A stretch of DNA of 63,865 nucleotides, the filler included, from Craspedostauros australis (taxonomy: Eukaryota), in the NCBI GenBank assembly GCA_030167865.1. It is 13 parts of 13 records of this genome, joined end to end, with 100 filler letters (N's around TTAATTAATTAA, not from the genome) between each part and the next. Parts side by side here need not be neighbours in the genome. Positions count along the whole stretch, not along the records: positions 55,673 to 60,737 come from JALAGF010004212.1; positions 60,838 to 62,415 come from JALAGF010004216.1; positions 62,516 to 63,865 come from JALAGF010004258.1; 10 more parts are not named here. The stretch is one strand, 5' to 3'. Position 1 is the stretch's first letter. Every line of letters begins with the position of its first letter. Below are positions 55,673-63,865 of this stretch, piece by piece. The notes beneath the pieces are model-generated. The model was given only the letters and a program-made list of their open reading frames with translations. It did not search any database and was not told the DNA's origin. The position numbers were made by a program, and so were the translations under genes.

Positions 55673-58475
55673 CCCAAGTCTTAACCACTTGAACAGACGC
55701 TTTGTTCTGCTTGCTCTGTTGCTCATTTCTTGGTTGTATCGTCGCTGCTTCATGCTTTGCCTTGGATAGTTGCTTTGGGTGTCGGAAAAGAGACATGCGA
55801 GTGAGACGGTAGAACGTGCGTTTACCCACTGGCTTCGTCAAGAGATCTGCCTCGTTGTCAATTGATGCGATGTGAATGAATTGAACAGCCTTTGCTGCAA
55901 TCGCTTCGCGTACGCGGTGGTATGCAATGCCGCAATGTTTCTTCTTCAGTACGCTGGTGGGGATGGTCGTGTTGATGACCATGGACTTGTTGTCTCCAAG
56001 GAGAAGAGCCGGCCCATCGATTGGGACACCGATGACGCATAACGCAGTCCTCAACTCGACCACCATATCCACAGCGATCCGTGCTGCAACCAATTCGGAG
56101 CCATAGGCCGATGACTCTACCATCTTCTGTCGTTGACAGAATGTGCGGACGACCATGCCATTGATCTTCGCGATAATGCCGGTGACCGATCGTCTTGTCA
56201 CAACGTCGTGTGCATGATCTGCGTCGACATACACCATGATCTTGGCTGCTTTGCCTCTCGGTGTCGGTTGGTTGTGTGGCATTTCTTCTGATGCATCCAG
56301 ATAGAATTCCGCCCATTTATTGTATTCGTCAGGATCTGCTGTCGTATGTTGTGGAGGTGTTGGGTCACACAGGAGCATGCCGTTGCTGTGTGTCTTGAGG
56401 TACCCGAATACTCGGATCATCGCCTTGAGGTGTCCAACTCGTGGCGTCATGGAGAATCGTGCCAGTGCCATGGTAGTGTCCTGCACATCGTACCAACCAA
56501 GCGTGATGATCCAGTTCGCACTCCCAATGAGCGTTCGAAACTTGCTGGCTTCAGATGCCTCCAACAGATTGGTGTTGTCGGTCGCAGCATGGTATGCTTC
56601 TGCCATTGGTGTGGCCACCTTGGGAAGCTTCGTTTTCAGCAGTGATTGATCCTCCACATACTTGCTCACAATGTACGGATCATGTAGGCGCATGTCATCC
56701 AGCCGGTGCCATGAATTCGTCCCGTCCATCCATCCAACGTTCACCTTCCAGTGCTCATTGTCAGACCCTTTGAACCGCATCTTGTGTTGGATGATGCATG
56801 CTGCTCTGTTCTGCATGTCTTGCCCTTCCGCCATCTCTTCGATCAAGTCTTCACAGTAATCAGCATGGATGACATAGTTCAAATGTTGTACCTCCTCCCG
56901 TGTTAGTCCGGCGACGATGTGCCATGGCTCAATGTTGAGGTATCGCTCCTTTGCTGGCACGGATGACTCCACTGGGTAGAAGTTGCCATGGTCCATGATG
57001 CCCGATGCTGCTTCATGTCGATGTCCGAACAGGGTGTGCGGGGACATGGCGATGGGTTGACGCGCACCAATTGCCGTCATCAGTACATTCTTGATGGACC
57101 TTCGCTGGTCCTCAGGTTTCCACGATGGACTGCCGCCCCTGTCTCTGATGCGTTGTGATCGTCGTTGTGTGTCGACTCGCCTGTCGTTGGTCGGTGTGTT
57201 GGCTCCATCACGCGCAAGAACCCCCCCTTTCGCCGGCGTTGCAGCAATTGCGGAACGTTTCGGCGAATGTGGTGCGCCCTTGGCGGGCCGACCAGCAGGC
57301 GGGCGATGTCGGCTGTGCGTTGGCTGGGATGTTGTGCCACGCTCCTGCGTGCGGCGCCGGTTGGTGACCACGGAACGTCGGTACCTCCTCAACTTCCGGT
57401 TGATCGGGAGCGGCAACGATGCCATGGCGAGGGGGACATCCAGCATTTCGTGCTTCACGTCAGGGCGAGTGTCAGCGCTGTCTTGACTGGGCACGGATAC
57501 GGACCTGAGCTGGAAAGGTTCGACGTCGTCGTCCTTGGACTCCGCATGAGGTGACCATGGTTCGTCCTTGGTGATCTCGTAGATCGGCAGTTCAACGAGG
57601 TCATCTTCTGTTGGTAGCTCAATGCTGAACGCCATCAGTGCATCCCGCACTTTGAGCTCAATGCGTGAACCCTTCCTCGGTACGTACGACTGTGTTCCCT
57701 TTGTGGGCGGGTCCATTGATGTGTAGTGCTGTTTGGACGCTGAGTCAACCACGCACCCATTAGACTGCAGCTGGTATTCGGACAGCAAGGTCACTCGACT
57801 CATGGGGTTGAGTGCACATTCGTGTGCCTTGAGGATGACTTTGCATCCATCATCCAGCGTGGCCTTGGTCCATGCTGATACCACTCGGAGCCCATTCTTT
57901 CGCATGCTGGATGGGATAGCCCCAATGACGTTGATGAACCGTCCGGCGTACACAGTCTCCACTTGCCATACGTCACCCAGGCTGCCCAGGATCGAGTACT
58001 GCGTTCCACTGTCGCAAATTGCGTAGGCCTCCTCATTCACGTCAGTGGTGTTGGCTTGCACGTCGATGTATGCCAATGCAGCTGTGGGATCCTGTTCTCT
58101 GCCTTGCACTGGCGTGAGTGTGGCATCATCATGTCGGATTTGCGCAATGTACATGCGCAGGTTACGAATCCGGTTGGCGCTCTCCATCACGTCATAATCG
58201 TCGTCAGTGTCATTGGACCATGAGCTGCTGCTGTCGTCAGAGTATTCAGTGGCTGTTTTGCCCCTGTTGGTGGTGCTGCCACTGTCCATGCGACTTCGGT
58301 ACTGACGTGCCTCATTGACGTTGTACTGCATTGGGATTGTCGCAGCTGGAGTTGTTGCAGCAGCATCCGCTTGTGCTCCTTGTGCAACAGGCAAACGAAC
58401 CCCCCCCGGGATCCGCGGCTGGTGCTCGATCGTGGGTTTGGTCACGCCTGCCACCGTGGTTGCAGCGGTACCCAC
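55673..58475 (-). CDS. pol: Deleted Pol polyprotein (protease, chromodomain-like module, RNase H), 3' truncated by the contig end
   Basis: Open frame of more than 900 codons with DSG protease, TLLSEYQL, and RNase H D-E-D-D motifs. Confidence 0.8.
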
Positions 58476-60633
58476 GAGCGCGGTCGCGAAGCCGTCGGAT
58501 CACCTTGCGCACTTGTTGCGGCAGCTTGGAGAACGTAGCACTGTCGATGAAGTCCGGTTCGCTTCGGGCGGCCTCGACGTGGGGCTGGGCGGAAAAGACC
58601 AAGGCCTCCACGTTGGCAATCCCACATTGGAACTCCACTGCGATGTATCGGACATCATCGGTGGCCTCTTCATACCCTTGAGCAGGCGCGGCGCGCTGGC
58701 TGTCATTGATACGTTGCTGACAGAGAGTGTGTATCGCATGGGGTAAATCATGGCAGATAGATACCTTGTTGACGCCCTTGCTGTCCTGGACATGCACATT
58801 TGTGGTTGGGACAGGAGTGTTGTCGCCGTCCAGGGCACTGGTGTGATGTTCGACTGGTGCGGTGGGGCCATTGTGGGCTGCACAACAATGTTGAGAAGCA
58901 ACTGCAGATGTTATGGTGCGCCCCTGGATGCGGCGTCGCGTTTTCGGTTTGGACCGTTGGAATCGCTGCAGCTTTTGGTTCATGGGCAATGGCAATGAAT
59001 CCAACGTTGGTGGGATTGCTGGCTCAACACGGATATTACCCTGTGCAAGCCCCTGCCTGAACTTCAGTCCTTGGTTCTCCATGCTGGCACAGAATGGTTT
59101 CACAACACCGCCAATAAGCATGCACTGCTTGTTGTTGTACCGCACTGGGGTTGTTGCCGTTGCATCATCCGGTGCGCCTTGTGTTTTAGACAAATGAACC
59201 CACCTGTGATCCGTGGCCGCCGGTTGATGGCTGGCCGGTTCGCATTGACCACCTCGGTTGCACCGATGTCCACGAACACACTCGCAAAGCTGTTGGATCA
59301 CCGTGCACTTGTGTTGCTGCAGCCTGACGAATGTGGCGATGTTAACGAAATACAGGTTGTTGGAGTCCAAAACGTACGCCAAAAACCTGCCTTTTGTGTG
59401 GGATACAGGTGCAGAGGGCGCGACGTCTGTATCATCTGTCCCGCCAGGGTCCCATACGATGGGCTTTGTGACAACGAAAGCCTGGATGGTCCATGATGGC
59501 ACCATCTGATACCCATCAGATGCAATGGTGTCACCCACGTCAACCATGTCGTCATCGCAACATAATGTGATGCTGCCTTCCGAATCCTCCATGTTGCCAG
59601 GGAAGAAAAGGTTGCAGACAGACACGACTGGTTCGAGGATCTTGCGTCCTTCATTTCCCACAGGATGACCAGGGCCACATGCTCTCATATTGTCGGTTCC
59701 TTTCAGGGTGCTTGCTCCAATCACCTGGATGGTTGGGTGCACCGGCCAACGAGCCCCTCCTTTATCCAATGCTGGTCCTGGTGCCAATGTGGCTCCATGC
59801 TGTTGCCGTTCCATCTCAATCGATCCCAGCCCAATGGTTTCCCCCCAAGTTGGGTGTTGGACCACTTTTGGTGCAACATGCCATGGGGACATGACCTTGC
59901 TGACGGATTGTTGAGTGTCACCCTTGCTGGATACGGTGAACTGCCAGGTGGGGCATGCACCAGTAGGAGACGGCGTTGGTATGCCATCAGAGGTTGCAGA
60001 CGCGTGTTGCTGTTTGCCTGGTGCATTCTCTCTTGCAGACAAGGTGTCATCAGCAAATGCTGTTCCACGTGTTCCTGATGTGCGGCGCATGACGTATTCA
60101 ACCCATTCAGATATTGATTGTAGTGGGCGCATGTATGCCTGTCTGGCCAATGCTATGTTGTTGGTGGTTGTCTCGTGGAACACTTTGCTTGGGTTTGTCT
60201 TGGCCGGGTATTTGTACTGCATAGCAGTAGCGTGTAGTTCTGCAGGGTCAAGTCTGTCGTAGTCAAATGTGGTCACGTTGTCTTCTGTTGTAAGGAATTT
60301 CCTCATGTGGTTGACCTTGTTGAGGGCAAACAGTCGTTTGAAGTCCATGCGTAATGCGGTGGTGGCAACTGGGTAGTGCAGTTCTGCAATGACCGATGTC
60401 AAGGATCGTCCTGCGTGGAAGAGTAGTGTGTCCATCACGCAATTTTGGTCGAGTCCTTCTTCGAGTTCGCATTGCTCGAACAGTGGCACGAGTGTCACAA
60501 ACGCCTCTGTGAAACCGAGTGTTTTCGTGAGGTAATCCAGTACCGCGACGGTGGCTGGAGGTGGTTCGGCTGGGATGCGGATTGGGGAATCCAGCAACCC
60601 GCTCAGCAACACATCATCCGACGCTCGGCTCAT
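58312..60633 (-). CDS. Gag-like/chimeric ORF of the deleted copia element
   Basis: 773-aa ORF upstream of and overlapping pol; a G8 run (58400-58407) is a likely frameshift point. It contains a diverged duplicate of a pol segment (LPLPMNQKLQRFQRS). Confidence 0.5.
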   Translation of the reverse strand: MSRASDDVLLSGLLDSPIRIPAEPPPATVAVLDYLTKTLGFTEAFVTLVPLFEQCELEEGLDQNCVMDTLLFHAGRSLTSVIAELHYPVATTALRMDFKRLFALNKVNHMRKFLTTEDNVTTFDYDRLDPAELHATAMQYKYPAKTNPSKVFHETTTNNIALARQAYMRPLQSISEWVEYVMRRTSGTRGTAFADDTLSARENAPGKQQHASATSDGIPTPSPTGACPTWQFTVSSKGDTQQSVSKVMSPWHVAPKVVQHPTWGETIGLGSIEMERQQHGATLAPGPALDKGGARWPVHPTIQVIGASTLKGTDNMRACGPGHPVGNEGRKILEPVVSVCNLFFPGNMEDSEGSITLCCDDDMVDVGDTIASDGYQMVPSWTIQAFVVTKPIVWDPGGTDDTDVAPSAPVSHTKGRFLAYVLDSNNLYFVNIATFVRLQQHKCTVIQQLCECVRGHRCNRGGQCEPASHQPAATDHRWVHLSKTQGAPDDATATTPVRYNNKQCMLIGGVVKPFCASMENQGLKFRQGLAQGNIRVEPAIPPTLDSLPLPMNQKLQRFQRSKPKTRRRIQGRTITSAVASQHCCAAHNGPTAPVEHHTSALDGDNTPVPTTNVHVQDSKGVNKVSICHDLPHAIHTLCQQRINDSQRAAPAQGYEEATDDVRYIAVEFQCGIANVEALVFSAQPHVEAARSEPDFIDSATFSKLPQQVRKVIRRLRDRARGYRCNHGGRRDQTHDRAPAADPGGGSFACCTRSTSGCCCNNSSCDNPNAVQRQ

Positions 60634-60837
60634 CCTTGCTCGCGTTCAGCAGCAGCACCAGGAAACCCCCCGTGAACCGACGACGGATGCGATGGAAAAC
60701 CCTCAACTGGCAGCTGTGTCGACGCTCACGGCCTCGCNNNNNNNNNNNNNNNNNNNNNNNNNNNNNNNNNNNNNNNNNNNNTTAATTAATTAANNNNNNN
60801 NNNNNNNNNNNNNNNNNNNNNNNNNNNNNNNNNNNNN

Positions 60838-62415
60838 GGTGGAGAAGATGGTGTTGCGCAGGTTCTCGAAGCGTTCATCCATGAGGAGATCCCATGAGAG
60901 GCTGAGCGAGTTTTGTTCCGCAACGCTCCTGTTCTTGTAGATGGCCGCAAGCCTTGGATTCTCGCTGATGAGCTGCTGGTTGGGAACGCCGGTGTGATCG
61001 ACGTCGTGGATGAGTGCAGTGAAGGCGCACGCAAACTGCGTCAGCGGATCGGATGTGATTCCGTAGGTGTGATCGTGCAACGAAGATGCCTCCTTTTGCA
61101 ATCTGCCCTTGTCCGCGGCATTCTCGTCGCCTACGTGAACGGTTGCCTCCGTTGCAGTGCTGCCAAGATCGAGATCCGAAGGGGCCACGATGCGTGTCAT
61201 GAGCTTGATGACGGACATGGTGACATGACTCGCATGCTCGAAGCTGTGGAACGGATTCTTGCGGTACAAGCCCGCGACTTCTGTCACGTACGCTCGGAGC
61301 TCTTCGACAACGACAGAGCTGACCTCGGCGGGGCCTTGTGCCTGCTCCCTCTGAGCAATGCCCGCGTCGAACTCAGGGAGTTCGATGATTTCTTTCACCT
61401 CGTCGAGGAAGGTTTCTCCTTCCCTGTGATCAACACTGAGACACATGCTGCGGTCAACGTGACTTGGTTTCGAAGAGAAAGCGTGTGACGCGCGTCGTCT
61501 TGCGACGATTTGCTTCAGCAACCGCACCAAAGTTTCGACGTTCCAGTCGATGAGGCGGGCAATCCTTGAGTCCAGACTGATGGACTTGTTCCCCTGAATG
61601 GCATCGGCGAGTTCGAAGATTTGAGTGTTCATGTCTGTCTCGCTGCCAGCTCTGTTTGTGGGACTTCCTGTGCCAAGCCAAAGCCAGAAGGTTTCTATCT
61701 CCCCCTTCCCCTTCGCCATCACGGCGTCAGCTCGCTTCTGCAGCCAATGAGGCTTGCCTGACTTTGCGATGAGCTCGGCCGTTTGCTTCGACACCTGAAT
61801 CCTGCCTCTCATACTCGTGCTTTCCAGTCGGGCTGTTGTGTTCATGGTGTCTCCGAAGAGTTGGAAGCGAGAGCGCTCACCACGCAACACACCGGCAGTC
61901 ACCGGCCCACTGTGGATCCCAATGCGGATGCTCAGGTCGGCTGTGTCAGGACCAAGGATGACTTCGAGCTGATGGACCATGGTACTGAAGCTCCAGAGGC
62001 AGTCCTGGGCGAATCTCGCCATGGAGATGGCATGATCTGCTGTGGGCTCGGGCAATCCTGTCACTGCGACGTAGCAGTCACCGACGGTCTCCACCTTGAA
62101 CACGCGCCGGCGCTTCGCGAGCTGATCGAAGGAGCTGTACACGGTCTCCAACAGAGTGAAGACTTGGCTTGGCTCGCGGACGGACGCCCATGCTGTGAAG
62201 CCGGTGATGTCAGCGAACATGATGGTCGTCTCCAGGAAGAACTCAGCCAGGGGCCGTGATTCGAACTTGACGAAATCGTTGTCCTCGCTCAGGGCGAATG
62301 ACAGGAAGGACTTCATTTCGGATGCCGTTCCTCTTCGTGACTCCTTCTGGTCCATTCGGCTTTGGTCCATGATCTGGTCTCGGAGCTTGCCTGGGAAGAG
62401 GGACGTGACGATGGC
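60838..62415 (-). CDS. Partial class III nucleotide (guanylate) cyclase fused to a PDEase-I/HD phosphodiesterase domain
   Basis: The frame is open across the whole contig. Cyclase motifs TIMFADITGFTAW, VFKVETVGDCYVAV and GVLRGERSRFQLFGDTMNTTARLES. PDE motifs NPFHSFEHASHV, LIHDVDHTGVPN and SVAEQNS. Confidence 0.93.
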
Positions 62416-63865
62416 NNNNNNNNNNNNNNNNNNNNNNNNNNNNNNNNNNNNNNNNNNNNTTAATTAATTAANNNNNNNNNNNNNNNNNNNNNNNNNNNNN
62501 NNNNNNNNNNNNNNNGAACGCAAGCGCGCGGCAGCCCAGGAAAAAGAAGTATGAGCCAGGGTGAACAAGCAATGGGCAATCGGAGGTGGAGGTATCCTGG
62601 CCACAGACCAAGCTCTCATGACGAACGTAGTGAGAGTGGAGGTGGTGAGGTGACCAGTGGATGCTCAGAGCCGGTGGGTGAAGCATGTGCAAGCAGTGTG
62701 GATAACTGCCCAGACGGTCAGGCAGAAACAACGTGCGACGATGCAAGAGAGAAGAGGAGTAAGCCAAGGACTCACAGACGCGGTTAGAGGGCAACGACAA
62801 GAAACGGGTCTGTGCAAACGACGGTTATACGGGGCGTTGGAGGAAGGGCGAACAAGCAACGGCGCGGAGCACGGATCAGTGCATGATATTAGTGAAAGAG
62901 CATAGCAGGCGCAAGCCGGATGCCCAGTGTGGTATGTTTGATGGCCCATGGTGCTGACAAACTGTGGTAGGATAGGTAGTGAGAGACACAGGGAAGTCGT
63001 TTCAGCGCAATCGGCCTTAGGCTCATTGTAGGTGGCCGACACTAAAGTCTCCAAGGTAACTTTGTACGCGGAGGACATTCAGTGAGTTATTATTGTTCTT
63101 ATTAATGTGAATAAGAAGATGTACATGTGTGACAGCAGGATGGCAATCGGATTCACCCAGATTCTGGCCACACGCATGACCACTGCGAATGCAGATGCCT
63201 TCCCACGCATCAGTTTCTGTNNNNNNNNNNNNNNNNNNNNNNNNNNNNNNNNNNNNNNNATACCGGCAAACATGATATGCTTCTCTTGTATGTATGCCTC
63301 ATGTGGTCTTGGAACTGAACTCCGCAAAGGAAGAACATCCATGTCTTCGTTGGTGCAAACTCTTGGGTGAGATCCTGTTTTGCGGTGGGGATGCTCTGAG
63401 TGTTGGAAGTCCAAATCTGGTAAGCACAAGTGTGAGGACAAATGAAGGATCATCCCTTTTGATTTGAAGCGATACGGAATGAACGAGAGCCTTGTACTTG
63501 CGTGACAAACAAGTGGTTGATGATCAATATACGGAGGCGAATCGTCGTGCAGAAGGCATAACCTATGTACCCCAACCAGCACAACAGATAACACAGAACT
63601 GATGGGTGACTGGAGGCATGCTTTGAACACAGAAGTAGCAAACATAGGCAGGAAAGCTTGCAAGGAGAATGGTAGGTTCANAACAGCAAGGAGGACGACG
63701 GAGCCTGATAAGAACACATCTAACTCCTTTCCTCCTCTACGCAAGCAGGAGAGTATGCAAGAGGCAACGAATGCAATTTATAACACATAGCATCACTAGT
63801 GTATGCATTGCAACATTGAGAGAGTTGTTTCGATACTATTGTTGCTGGATGTGGAGCGCAGATAA

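Larger units (their letters stand above)
55673..60633 (-). mobile_element. Internally deleted, non-autonomous CoDi-II-like copia element
   Basis: A gag-like ORF at 58312-60633 and a pol ORF at 55673-58475. Pol retains protease (AICDSGTQYSILG), the chromo-like module and RNase H, but no integrase DDE or RT YxDD core is visible. Confidence 0.85.

Noticed and set aside
52850..57026. 1.35-kb perfect inverted repeat (foldback element)
   Set aside because: The arms lie on different contigs; they are overlapping assemblies of the same copia region in opposite orientation.
6735..62515. Regularly recurring TTAATTAATTAA motif as a biological repeat or CRISPR-like array
   Set aside because: It is always centred in exactly 44+44 Ns, so it is a synthetic six-frame-stop linker.
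62516..63865. Short ORFs in the last contig, which has an internal 39-N gap at 63221-63259
   Set aside because: No motif or coherent gene model can be supported.

Overview
Eukaryotic DNA, most likely from a pennate diatom (inferred from CoDi-type Ty1/copia elements, a guanylate cyclase-phosphodiesterase fusion, diatom-type secreted proteins and GT-AG introns of about 190-300 nt). The window is not contiguous genome. It is 13 contigs joined by 12 artificial 100-nt linkers (44 N + TTAATTAATTAA + 44 N). Several contigs are alternative haplotype or assembly paths of one locus: 1-6734 vs 6835-14976, 15077-19708 vs 19809-26136, and 31905-34143 vs 34244-36481. In addition, 52850-54203 is the reverse complement of 55673-57026. 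Host genes: a 6-exon ER-lumenal 2OG-Fe(II) oxygenase-ankyrin-KDEL protein convergent with a GT47/exostosin glycosyltransferase; a secreted protein with 13 Cys-rich repeats; a ~2012-aa receptor-like protein with two TM-Cache-TM-HAMP modules and a TPR tail; a divergent GH63 glucosidase I; an LRR-like hypothetical protein; a cAMP-receptor-like GPCR; a partial GC-PDE; and an HI0933-like flavoprotein pseudogene. Mobile DNA: a nearly complete copia element (gag TGA directly followed by the in-frame pol ATG), a second copy with a 777-bp TG...CA insertion, a decayed copia fragment, an internally deleted chromodomain-bearing copia, and a 1.35-kb polymorphic insertion carrying tandem E2F-type sites. The best candidates for undescribed biology are the tandem Cache-HAMP-TPR receptor, the ER oxygenase-ankyrin/GT47 pair and the copia gag-pol junction.
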